Source: Anthoceros angustus (lineage: Eukaryota > Plantae > Anthocerotophyta). From it: a DNA stretch of 64,000 nt. The position numbers and the translations under genes were made by a program. The notes beneath the pieces are model-generated. The model made no database searches, had not been told where the DNA came from, and was given only the letters and a program-made list of their open reading frames with translations. The stretch covers positions 1 through 64,000 of the forward strand of contig MU008196.1 in assembly GCA_010909165.1 (NCBI GenBank), read 5' to 3'. Shown here piece by piece: positions 47,714 to 59,949 of this stretch (within the stretch, counting starts at the first letter, position 1; each line of letters begins with the position of its first letter).

Positions 47714-50700
47714 ATGTCAAACCCCCTTCAGAAGATAAATTTCAGAAAACCCCCTTCGTGAATATTCACCCCCTTCAAAAGATATCGTGTTCCTCCTCTT
47801 CCCGCTGCAACTGCAGGCCCTCAGCAACCCTTGCCTCCACTTCCTGGAGCAGGATACGGTACTCCATACCCTCCAACCTATCAGCCTTCTTATACTGTGG
47901 AGTTCAAAGAACGTGACAGGTTCAACGGGAACAAGTACCCCGTGTGGAGCGTCCGCATGCAGGCAGCCCTTGATGCCAGACACTTATGGAGCGTCGTGAG
48001 CGGCCAGTTTCAACAACCTGCCATATATCACTGCTCCTCAAGTGGACAAGGATAGGTGGGATAATGCTAACAATGTGGCACGAGCTTTGATCATCAGTGG
48101 CCTTGATGAGGTCCTTGTACTAGATGTTGCCTTCCTCTCCAAAGCTGAAGACATCTGGAACCAACTTTCACAAACCTACAATGTCAAAAACATTCTAACA
48201 CTTGTAGCTGTTAGGGGCGAGTTGTTTACCCTTCGTATGAAAGACACTGAGAAAGTTGTTGTCTTCATAGCCAAGTTTAGACATCTGCGTTCCCAACTTG
48301 CCTCTCTAGGTTCTCCCATGATGTGACTTAGATGCACGATGGCTCGACTTTTGACTGCTTTGCCTCAAGCTACCGACCTTCGTTTCCAGTTATGGAGCAT
48401 CATTACGTGATGCGAAAAGCTCCTTGGGACAACTTGTCCGGTTAGCTTCACTGATGTCGTTGGAGCTTTATTCCAAGAGGAACAGTCACATAGCAGTTCA
48501 CATTTCAACCATGGGCGCACTAAAACGGATAAAGTTCTGTTTACCTCTAAACCCCGATTTCCCAACAAGAACAGGAATACATCTGCTGCTGGCCCCTCCA
48601 AGGACACGAAACCAGGACAGACCAAAAGAGTTGGCTCTTGTAACTGGTGCGGTTCCCCCGGCCACTGGGAGAGGGAATGTCGTAAAAAGAAATCTGGAGA
48701 GCCTAAGAAGGCCGAGAAGGCCCACAAAGGGGCTGAGGCACATACGGTCTCCAAGGACAAACCTCCATCAGGCAAGCAGCCAAACGTGATGGTGACAACC
48801 TGCCTCTCAACATCCTCCAAGCATGATGCTCTAACGGAGCAACAACTCATCTGCCACAAAGTTTTCTCGGAACTTTGTTCCCATACATACATCCGAGAAG
48901 CGCGGATGAACTCACCGTGAGAGCCTTAAGATATTCAGGTTCTGTTTGAAACCGGATGGTCGATACACAATGTCTGTTCCTAACATGGCTAAACATTTGC
49001 TATCTGTTAGTCAGCTCATGCGTATAAATCGTTTTGATCTCACCTTTCATTCCTCTGGCTGTCTTATCTCCAAGCGGGCCCAAGTCTTGGCAGGCAGTCA
49101 CATTGAGCATGATCTCTCGGATGTATAGATCTACCATGCGTGCCTACTGCAAGTACTCATGTTGCTGTTCAATCTCAGGCTAAGTTAGCACAACTCTGGC
49201 ATGCTCGCTTAGGTCATGCAAATCAGGACAAGCTAGTTAAAATGTCTAACCTTGAATGCTATAGGGAACCCCTGCCCAAATGCTTTAAAGAACTCCCTTC
49301 TTGTGATTCCTGTATAGTTGCAAAGCAGAAGGAGTTGCCTTTTCCCTCTAACCTTGCATTCAGGACATCCAATGTCTTGGACCTCGTCCACACCGACATC
49401 TCAGGGAAGATACACGTACCCTCACTTGGTGGTTCTCTCTACTATTTGACCATCACTGATGACTACAGCCGCTACTCTTGGACTTATCCGATGAAGAGGA
49501 AATCTGATACATTCCAGTTTTTCAAAGAATGGTTAGTCATGGTGCAACGATAGACAGGTTGCTACCTTACGCCTCATCCGACAATGGTATTGGTCGTTAA
49601 CTCTCCTTCAATGACTACTTGGTCTCAAGGAATCACTCGTGGTGAGCCTTCACTCACGAGCGGGTTGCGGCGAGTCGGACCGAAACTCGGCATGACAAGG
49701 AGCATGTTAGCTTGGTGCAGCCTTATAAAAGCCTATTAGGCGAGGCATTGTTTGTGCAACCTACATCCTTAACAGGCTTCTCACCAAATCAGTTCAGGGA
49801 CGCACACCTTATGAGGTCATCTGGAAGCGGAAACCTAGCCTGTTACATTTCAGGGTGTTTGGTTCCCCTGCATATGCCTTTATTCATGCAGAGCAACGTA
49901 GGAAGCTTGATGACAGAGCTCGACCTCTCATATTCGTTGGCTATGGTGAAGAGACTAAGGCTTATAAACTCTATGATCCACCTACCAAATTTGCCCGAAG
50001 TGTGACTTTCAAGGAATTACTCCATCCTGCCCCCCAGACAAATGCTGTGGATGCTGAGTTTATTAGCTCCTCTTCCCCTTCCCAAGAGATCACAGACTTT
50101 GATGAGTCTCCTTACAGTACCCACAAGATCGCTTACGCCTTCCTCTCTGTTTGGCCCCATCCAAGCGGCGGTTCGAGGAGGAATTAACCCAAGATCTCGG
50201 TTTTACCACCATTTCCGGTGACCATAATCGTATCAACCATCTCCACAACAGTTCCAACCTCAGCAGTCACAGCAGTCCATGCTAGTGCCCCACGACAATC
50301 ACAACTGTTCCACTTATGCCTCTACGCTGCACTCGCTGTTCCACACGATGATGACTCACAGCACATGCTTGCTATGATCGTGAATCCCGGATATGGATTG
50401 ATTCAGACATTGACATTGCCGACACGAGGCGGTGATCATCTTTGAAGTGGACACTTCTTACCAAGAGCAGGAAGAGACACCTGGCCCTGTTGAGGATGTG
50501 ACCCACCGAACACATTGTTGCAAAGAAGATACCCTACTAGATCACATCCTACTCGTGATCAATGGCGAAACCATGAAATTTGAAGATTTAGGCTTCTGTC
50601 GACAGTGTGTGAAGCCTTCTCCACTAGTACAGCTCACCCTGCTGAACCCCGTACTTATAAGGAAGCAATATCTGGACCTGACAAGGATCACTGGATCCCA

Positions 50701-51865
50701 TCCATTCAGGACGAGTATAATTCACTCATGAAGAACGAGACCTGGGAGTTATGTCCTTTGAATGAAGTGAGTTGCAAATGGGTGTTTAAGCACAAGCTCA
50801 ACGCCCAAGGTGAAAGTGCCAGATATAAAAGTCGCCTTGTAGCCCGAGGATTTTCTCAAGTAGCTGGGTCGATTTCAACGAAACCTTTAGTCCTGTAGTA
50901 AAGACCCAATCTATTAGGATGATGCTTGCTCTAGCACCTGCCAAGGACTGGGATCTTGAGCAAATGGATGTCTCAACGGCGTTTCTATATAGAGACCTTG
51001 AGGAGGACATTTACATGGACCAACCTGAGGGTTTCGTCAACCTTGAGCACCCCGACTGGCTGGGTTTGCAAGCTGAAGAAGACTCTGTATGGCTTGAAGC
51101 AAAGTGCACGAGAATGGTACAAGTGCATTGACAAGTACCTGAAATCCATAGGCTTCATTCAGAACCCTGCTGATGCCAATGTGTACACATATACTGATGG
51201 AGAACACATGGTGATATTAGCACTCTATGTTGATGATGCGATCCTCGCGTCAAATAGCAGGAAGCTGTTGGATTGGGTTAAATGCATGCTTCACAAGCAA
51301 TATGATATGAAAGATATCGGAGCTCTTACCTTTGTGCTTGGTGTCCGGTTCCGTGATAGACCTAACAGACGATCCTTCAAACAAGTATATCAATGAAACA
51401 CTTCGCGTTTTAATACGAAGATGCAAAGCCCGTTAGTACACCTGGCATTGTTGGTGTCAAACTCAGCTCTCTTCAGTGTCCTCAGGATGATACTGATCGA
51501 GAGGAAATGAGTGTGATTCCTTACCGACATGCAGTTGGATGTCTTAACTACATCAGCTGCTGGACACGACCAGATATCCAGCATTCTGTCAGCGCAGTAT
51601 CTCAGTATTTGGAAAACCTTGGCCAGGATCATTGGACTGCTGTTAAGTGAATCCTACGCTATCTTAAAGGCACCTCCACACTTGGGCTATGCTTTAGAGG
51701 AACGGATGATGGGATCAGACTGGTAAGTTATGCAGATGCCTTGTCGGGCAATCGATCCGGAACGGTAGAGCATCTCGCCTCATTCATCTGAGCTGCAGTG
51801 AATTGGAGTTCTAAGAAACAGTCTCATTCCCTCTCATCTCTGTTGAGTATAAGGCTTTGGTGATT
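47714..51865 (+). pseudogene. gag-pol: Ty1/Copia gag-pol (gag, CCHC, protease region, GAG-pre-integrase, integrase, RT, partial RNase H), frameshifted and cut at ~51870
   Basis: FNGNKYPVWSVRMQAAL, CNWCGSPGHWEREC, LWHARLGH..CDSCIVAKQ, LDLVHTDI..TITDDYSRY, EPRTYKEA, CKWVFKHK..YKSRLVARGF, QMDVSTAFL, LYGLKQSAREW, LYVDD, WSSKKQ. Confidence 0.95.
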
Positions 51866-52289
51866 ACGCTAAGGCGGGGCTCGGCCAAGAGTTGGCGGCC
51901 CAGCTCGGCAGGGCAGCCGGGCATACAAGAGGCGGAAGACGGCGCCCTACATCGCGCACACCAGGGGCGCGCCTGTGCCTACCTCACGCCAGAGTGGCAA
52001 GAAGCGGAGGAGGCAAGACGAAGGGCGGAAGTGACGCTGCCAGGCGCCCAGGGAGGCCACCGGCAGCGGCCCCACCCGTGAGCTCCTGCCCCTCCCCAAC
52101 CGGGAGAGGCAAAGGGCCCGGCTCAGGACCCCTTCACCACCTCCGAGCCCCTGTGGAGAAAAAGGCAGAGAAGGGAGTTAGCGGCCAAGAGGTGGCCAAG
52201 GAGGTGAGGCTCGGGACCATCACCAGGACCTAAGGGTCATTAGGTCCGAGAGCCCGACTGGACTCGCTCGGGACTGCTGATGTAATCGA

Positions 52290-53960
52290 TCCTTGACGGA
52301 CGGGGATGCCCACGAGGCCAGGACTTCCGGCATCTCCCGGTGCCGTGGAAGAAGCGGCGAAGTTCTAGCTTCTGAGTCATGGACGGTATGCTTTGGGGTC
52401 TCTACGGTAGAGAAGACCCAAGAAGTGGAGGCCACCCGGTGGAGGATGGTAGAGCTTCAAGGGCAGGTAGAGGCGGCCCAGAGGCTAAGAAGAGGCGGAG
52501 TCCTCGCCCAAACCGAGGAGGAAAACGCCGAGGCGGAGCGGAGGTCCTGACGGGTTCAAAGAAGATCGACCAAGACCTTCACCGTATGAATACAAGCGCA
52601 GGAGGCCCAAGCACGGCTGAAGACCTGCAAATGGAGGCGTGGCGCAGAAGGAGGCGGAGGAGGGTCGAGGCGCGGAGAACGCCAGCGACCGCCGAGACGG
52701 GTTAGACCAACACCAAGCCGCCGAGGCTCAGTGAAGGCGGCGAGGCGGAAGCCGCGCGAAGGTCGACTGGGATCATTACCGACGTGATCGAACCGTGGAG
52801 GGAGACGGCGGGGTAGCCAGCGCAACTCAAGGCCGACAGTGGCAATGAGCGCACGACAAGCCGCGAAGAAGAAATGGAGGCCAGACCCCGAAATAGGGGA
52901 CCTCGTGGTGCAATGCAGGAAGCGAGGAGGCAGGCAGAGCCGGAAGGCGAAGGACACTCGGAGCCGAACTCCAAGACGCTTGAGCAACACGACTTCAACG
53001 GGAGAATCCTGCTGACTTCAGTGAGACTGAGCAGAGAGATAGAGCGCCTACCGCTGAAGACGGAGAATAGGCCATCCGGAGTTGACGCCGCTGGTCAAGA
53101 AGGAGAAGGAAGCCGTGAGTCAAGAAGCCCGCCTGGAGAAGGAAGTGGCGGACTGCAAGGATGAACGAGGATGAGGACGCCTGGAGGAGGAGCAGAGGTC
53201 GCTGTCCGATTGCGGGAGGCGAGGGGGGGAGCTCGCCCATGGCCGAACGGGTGGAGCTACAACGACGAAGAGGAGAGGAGCCGAGCAGCAAAGGCTGCAG
53301 GAGGTGTTTGGAGGCCGCCTTGGCGGCATCAAGGGAGTCCGCCCGGCCAAGGGCTTGGCAAGCCCGGCACGGAGACTGGGCCAGCGGACAACACGCCCAC
53401 CGCCGAGCACCTGGAGGAGGGAGTACCGGTGCTCCGGGCCCATGTGGAGGAGGCAATTAAGTCGATTCCGACTTTGCCTACTACCACGCAGGCTCCTCAA
53501 GACTCTAGAGGTCTTGCGCCACCCCAGGGCGGCGACTCGATGGGTGGAAGGAGGAGCGAGGAGGAAGGTCCTGTGGACAAAGACCCCACGGGACCTTAGG
53601 AGCCTGCTTGACGATGACAGCCAGTAGCGGCAAGGGGAGGGTGGAGGAGCAGGACGCAGTGGAAGGTCACACGGGAGGTAAGCACCTGCACCGCTGGAAG
53701 GAAGGGAGGAGGGCCCGGGAGGCCGTGAAGGGGCACATCCAGAAACCGGGAACCACGGAGGCCGGTGAGCCCGTGATAAGCCCATGAGGCGAACCTGTCA
53801 TGAGTCCGGACTTGTCCCGACTCAGAACGGAATGACCCCGAGGTCCGCCTCAAGAAAGTCCGACCCGAGGTCCGCACTCTGACGGTGACGACCCTCGTGT
53901 CCGCCAGGGGTCGCCTGTAAGACCGGACCCCAGGCGCAGTCCGACCCTCCCTGGGCGCCT
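52290..53960 (+). repeat. GC-rich retroelement-derived segment D (Glu/Arg-rich ORF remnants); inverted copy at ~59950-61590
   Basis: ORF 52874-53164 (MEARPRNRGP..KTENR) matches minus ORF 60732-61061 (RPAPRNRGPP..LKTEENR). Homology is colinear in reverse complement. Confidence 0.8.
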
Positions 53961-54312
53961 TTGTTGTGATACGGACGCGCCACAATCGCAAGGTCGTTGT
54001 AGTAAGGAGGTCCATTCCAAGAGAATGGCCCTGGGCCACGCTTCAATCAAGCCACCTCATGAGTACCCGCTTTTTACTCAACACATTCATCGTTTTACGG
54101 CTAACTACCCAGAACGCTCACCGGACCAGTCTGACGTGGCCAAACGTTTAAGGAACTGCTGTCCGTATTATTCAAGTTTGTCTCCCCTTCCGGGTCCGTT
54201 CCTCTCACCATTCACACTTCACTCATTATCCTTGGAGAAAATCGCGGGTGGCTGCGCGGTCCGGACCTCCTCCGTCGCTCTGCCAGGTCTCTCCGTCCGG
54301 GCTCTACACGCC

Positions 54313-57300
54313 TGTGGAAGACCACATGTGCACTAACCCCGCTCCCAAGTGTCAGGATGAACGATTTTTTTTGTTTTGGATGTGTTAGAATAGCAAAGTG
54401 CTTTGAGAATCATCTGAGTCAGGTCTTTTATACGGGAATGGTCCTTGGCCCTTGGAGATAATAATAATTTTTCGACCCTCAGGTTTGACCCAGGGTGGGT
54501 AGAAATAGAGTCCTTGGGTATTGGGAATTTTAGAATAAAAGGTGTCTATATATGCTAGGGATGCTCACAATATGCCACAGTTGAGTAGTCAAGTGGGGTG
54601 GTGGCTAGTTCCACCACGGTGGCCGAAAGCAGGACGTCACTGGGGGAATTTACAACCCTAGTGGCGGAGCGGGACTACATCGGTCGGGCGCGGGAGAAGG
54701 GCACACCCGGCCGCGAGGTCGCGACTTTCCGGAGAGGCGTCGGAGGCGGAGCTGCAAGAAGAGCGCGCGCAGCCTTGAGCCAAATCTCATCTCATGCGGG
54801 AGGAAGGGCGGCGGGGCAGGCGGCGAGGAGAGAAATCGGCCCGGCAAGTTCGCGAGGCGTGGAAGGAGCGCAGGCGGGCTTCGATTTTTTTCTCTTGACC
54901 GTAATCTGCGGGGTAGTCGAGGTTTTGTTTTGGGAAACAACGAGAGAAGGAGATGGCGCCCTGTGCGGCCGAAATCCCTGCGGTGGCCCAACATGGACCA
55001 TCGGAAAGTGAGAGCTGGTCGGGGAGCTGGGCAAGTTCATGGAGAAGAAATGGTGCTACGCTGCATTGGTGCAAGAGTGCGCCCGCAATTAAGGACCAAG
55101 TCGCAAGAGGGTGGAGGAAAAGGCCGCAGCGGGATTTGGCCTCTTTCGAGGCGTGTATGGGCGAAGCATCAAGATGGGAGCTTGGTGATTGACCCCAGTG
55201 AGAAGACCTTGAGGCTGCGGCCGCTCATGAAGCACAGGGAAGTGAGAGTGAACAATGGGTGGGTGACTCGCCAACTCGTGTTCCAGTGGTGGGGATTGGC
55301 CAAATGGATTTTGTGTTTCCCTCTGAGCCGGTGGATCATATGGCGGATCACTTCTTGGTTTTTCTTCACGAGGTGGTCAAGGGTACACAAATTGATTGGG
55401 GTAGGATGATTTTCGAAAGAGCCTGTGAGGAGAAGGCGAATTTACTCTCTCCTTCCCCTCGGCCCTCCTTGATTTCGCCTTTTCTGATTCATGTATTTGC
55501 GCATTCCGGGTGTTTAACGGAGTTGGGCATGTCCATCATGGTTGGAAGCCGGTCAGGGAACTCAAGGTAGAAGAGGAGGAATTTAAGGAGGATTCGGGCA
55601 AGGATTCCAGCAGTTGGGAATGCGCCTCCCTGGAAGGTTCGGAAGAGGGTGGGAAGTTTCCAAGGGTAAGAAGCGAAGGGCGGCAGTCGAGCAGGGTCGG
55701 CGAAAAGGGGAGGAGCCCGAGGAGGAACCCACACACACCTGTGGTCACCCGAAGGCAGCGGCGAGCAGGTAAAGGAGAAAATAAAGGGAAATGGCAAGTT
55801 GCTCCCCTCTGCAGATGAATCGCGCCGCTAGAGAATGAGCGGGGAAGAGGCAAGCGGACCAACCCCTAGGAGAGGAGGGGTTAACCCGGTGACCAAGACC
55901 GCAGCTCGGACATTTTGGCGACATTTCACCGAACCGTCCCGAGGTGGGGATAGGGACACCTCAGCGTAGAATTGTTGTGGAGGCGGATGGGCAAAGGGAC
56001 AGCCCAATTTGGGGATTTGCGGGGTTTGACTTGGCCATGGCGCAGCGGATCTCCTCGATCAAGCGACCATGGCTCTCACTGGTGAGTGTGCAAGGCCAGG
56101 AGAAGTTGCTCAAGGAGAAGTTGGAAAGCGGAAGGCGAGAGCAAGAGGAGGCCGGAGTCTGAGCGGCCTTATGCAAGGCACAGGAGCAGTTAAGGGACAT
56201 GTCCACTCGGCAGAGGCCTTAGTAAATCAGTCAAGGCGCATGCTACAATTGAAGAGCTTCAAGATGAGGTCTCGCGAGTCCAGAGGCGGTGGGCGATGGC
56301 GCCTTGGAGAAATTCAAGAAGGGGAGAGGTACAAGCGGAAAGAGACGAAGCTAGGGCCGAGTCAGAGAGAGGTGGCCAAACCAAGAAAGGCCGAGCAACG
56401 ACCACCGCGAGGAAAAGGCCGCAGAATCTGGATTGGCCTCTTCGAGCAAGGGCGAGAAGCATCAAGATGGGAGCTTGGTGATTGACCCCAAATAAAGAAG
56501 ACCTTGAGAGCGCCGCGCCATGAAGCCCGGGAAGTGAGAGTGAACAATGGGTGGGTGACTCGCCAACTCGTGTTCACAAGTGGTGGGGATTGGCCAAATG
56601 GATTTTGTGTAACCTAAGTCGGATCATATGGCGGATCACTTCTTGGTTTTTCTTCACGAGGTGGTCAAGGGTACACAAATTGATTGGGGAGGATGATTAA
56701 AGAGCCTGTGAGGAGAAGGCGACTTATTTCTCCTTCCCTCGGCCCTCCTTGATTTCGCCTTTTCCGATTCATGTATTTGCGCATTCCGTGTGTTTAACTG
56801 AGTTGAAGTCGGGTCCCGCATGGTTGGAAGCCGTGAACTCAAGGTAGAAGAGGAGGAATTGAAGGAGGATTCGGGCAAGGATTCCAGTGGGAGTGCGCCT
56901 CGAAGGTTCTAAGAGGGTGGGGAAGTTTCCAAGGGTAAGAAGAAGGGCGCACGAACGGGTCATGAAAAGGAGGACACCAAGCAGAGGAGGAACCCACACA
57001 CACCTGTGGTCACTGTGTCAAGACTAGCAGAACGCTGTAAAGGAGGAGAAAATAAAGGGAAATGGCAAGTTGCTCCTCCTGTGTGTGGGGATGAATGCCG
57101 CTAGGGGAGAATGAAGCGGGGAAGAGGCAAGGCATCAACCCCTAGGAGAGGAGGGGTTAACTTCAGCCGAGACCGCAACGAGCTCCGGACATTTTTGGCG
57201 ACATTTCACCGAACCGTCCCGAGGTGGGGATAGGACACCCTCGAGAATTGTTGTGGAGGCGGATGGGCAAAGGGACAGCCCAATTTGGGGATTTGGTGGT

Positions 57301-59239
57301 TTGACTGCCATGACGCAGTGATCTCCTCGATCAAGCCCATGGCTCTCACCGGCCGAGTGCAAGGCCAACAGGAGAAGTTGCTCAAGGAGAAGTTGGAAGC
57401 CTGAAGGCGAGAGCAAGGCGGCCGAGGAGCGCAGACGGAGTGCGGGCGCCTTATGCAAGGCACAGGAGCGCTTAAGGGACATGTCCACTGCAGAAGCTTT
57501 AGTAAATCAGTCAAGGGGCGATGCTACAATTGAAGAGCTTCAAGATGAGGTCTCGCGAGTCCAGAGGTGTGGAAGCGATGGCGCCTTGGAGAAATTCAAG
57601 AAGTCATGAGAGGTACAAGCGGAAAGAGACGCTTAGGGCCGAGTCAAGAGAGAGGTGGCCAAACCAAGAAAGGCCGAGCACCCACCGCAGAGCCAAGCAA
57701 CCACCGTGGGAAGTAACCACCACGGTGGCTAAACCACCGTCGTGGAGCGTGGGCGAGGTGGGGAAGTCACCGGGAGTGTCGCAGATGGAGGACAGATCTC
57801 TGGAGAATCAGCAGCCGGCCCAGATTGTCCACGGAGGAGAGGGTAAGGACCTCTATCGGAAGGCGTATTGTGCTACGGCGTCCGGATGAGGATGCTCATG
57901 TCCCCTGCTGCATGGTGAGCGGTGCTCACTCTAAGCGTGTATGTGGTTGTTGGGACAGAGGGGCGTAAACCACCGGGTCAGACATCTTGACCGCCACAGG
58001 CGTTTACGATGGTTCCTTCGAGTAGGAGCGGGCGCCTATCCTCCGCAAGTGGTCTTTGGAAGAGATGAGCGAGGCGCAGCGAGCATGGAGGGAGGAGCAC
58101 AGGTATGGTTGTCCAAATGAGGAGGAGCGGGACAATGGACATAGAGGTCACAGTAGCAACGTCGCGGAAGGCGCGAGGGAAACTCAGGCGGTGAGTGAGG
58201 TGGAGGTTGTGGGGAAAATCGCCGGATCGTGGCGAGGCCAAGAGCGAGAGGGGTCCCCATGGGCCGTGGGGGCGAGGCAGCAATGTGCGAGGCAGCGCTG
58301 ATTTTAGGGAGTCGCGATAGCCTAGGACCGGGTTTCCTTTTGAGAGGATAGGGAGTTCCATCGGTAGGTTTGCTTAGATTGGTAAGGCGCTCGTGGTAGG
58401 AGCTACAATTTTAGACACTAAAGAGAAGTGAGTTGGACCACAGATGTATAAGAGACCCTTTGGGTGTCTCTCAAAGACGATTTCGTGTGAACTTCCGTGT
58501 ATCGAACCTTCGTGGGGTTGATTGGAGGCGTCAGTCGACATCAAGCGGGTTGGCGCCTTCTCGTCACAAGAAGGCCGGAAGATCTCGGATGGTCGAGCGG
58601 AGTGGCCAAGCTCCACGCCTGGGTAACGGAAGCCGCCAAAAAGAGGTAGGAATTGCCGCGAAGGCCGAGGCGGAATGCCGGAAGGCGAATCGCCCAAGCA
58701 CCGACCGGGTTTTCTTCCGATCCTCTTTCCAACTGCGCCACGGTGTGTTCATTCCATGAGAGAGGGGTCTGTGGCCCAAGGAGGGGTCTGTGGCCCGTGG
58801 GGGCGAGGGAGAGTTCATTGGAAGGGAGGTTCGAAGGGTAGATGAGTCTTGTGGGAGGGATTGTGAGAGTGTGTGAGGGAAAATCGAAATGCGTGAGGTG
58901 GAAGCGTGTGGTGGAATCGCGAAATTCCAGTAAAGTGAGGTGTATATAGGTGTCCGTATGCCCATAGCCCCCAGGTCCGTGAGAAGCCGGTGTGAATAGA
59001 CTCGCGAAGGCGGCGTGGTGGGACCCGCCACGGTGGGTGAACGCCACGGTGGCCGAGTCTACCACGGTGGTGGGTTTGGGCGGGCTGGAGAAGGTGGGGT
59101 AGTGAGCGGGTAGGTCTAGAATCCATAGATTTAGCACACCTTGACACAACACCATTCCCTTGGGATCGAATCCTAGGACTATAACGACATAGAGGGTAAA
59201 TGTGGCCTCTTTAGTCTTGGATGCAAAACCCATTCCACA
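54313..59239 (+). mobile_element. 4927 bp family B solo LTR with 5 bp TSD
   Basis: TGTGGAA...TTCCACA termini, ACGCC at 54308-54312 and 59240-59244, and TATA-like CTATATAT at ~54546. Confidence 0.9.
55130..57680 (+). repeat. Diverged ~1.29 kb tandem duplication inside the solo LTR
   Basis: GAAGCATCAAGATGGGAGCTTGGTGATTGACCCC at ~55163 and ~56456. AGAGGTGGCCAAACCAAGAAAGGCCGAGCA at ~56368 and ~57652. Confidence 0.85.
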
Positions 59240-59949
59240 ACGCCCGGTTCCTCTGGCTCACGCGTTCTGATCCGTCCGGGTCAGCTCAAGATGAGCAAGG
59301 GTCCTGGTCCGCCTTCCTGCACACACCACCACACGTTGGGTCGTCACGGGACCTTGATCGATCTCCGGGCGCCGGGCACGCTCGATGACTCGGGACTCAC
59401 GCTAGCATCGGCGGCCAAGAGCCTCGCAGAAGACGCGCGGCATCAACACCAAGAGAAAGACATTTTACTAGAGCAGCAAATTCTTCATACGCCTGCTGGG
59501 CTGCCTTTTATTACACTTTCATTCGAGCCGATGGCCGCCTCAAGGCGCCTAATCGGGCCGCCTTACTATTTCTTATTCCACCCATTCACGCCTGCCGGTG
59601 GTGGGTCCGGGTTGCCCCCATTCCCTTTTGGCGCCGCGGCCCAAGCCCTAGCTCATAATCGCGGGCGCACCCAATCGATGATCCGCGAGGCGGGCCCTAC
59701 CTCTCCCGAGACTCGCTGCCACCACCACCGGGCTACCCGACATCGGGCCACCACTAAATCCTCCTCCCCTCCTTCTATTCACTGTGGCCTCTCCTGGCCC
59801 CAAGAGATGGTTCTCACGGGCCTGGTGGATTGGTGGCCCCTCCCGCCTCCCCGAGTCAACTCGTGGGTCCGGGCCTCGACTCGAGTTCGGACCTCAGGTC
59901 CGGCCTTCCGTGGTCCCAACCTCGGGATCCGTCTTTTCCTCGAGTCCCA

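Larger units (their letters stand above)
53965..59475 (-). mobile_element. Gypsy family C LTR portion (53965-54312 plus 59240-~59475) split by the family B solo LTR
   Basis: The two flanks join into a sequence colinear with the reverse complement of 31776-32382. Confidence 0.65.

Noticed and set aside
52040-53960. GGCGCCCAGGGAGG as a PBS (plus at ~52045, minus at ~53945-53959)
   Set aside because: It lacks the leading TGG, occurs in both orientations in very GC-rich DNA, and no gag follows, so it cannot be supported.
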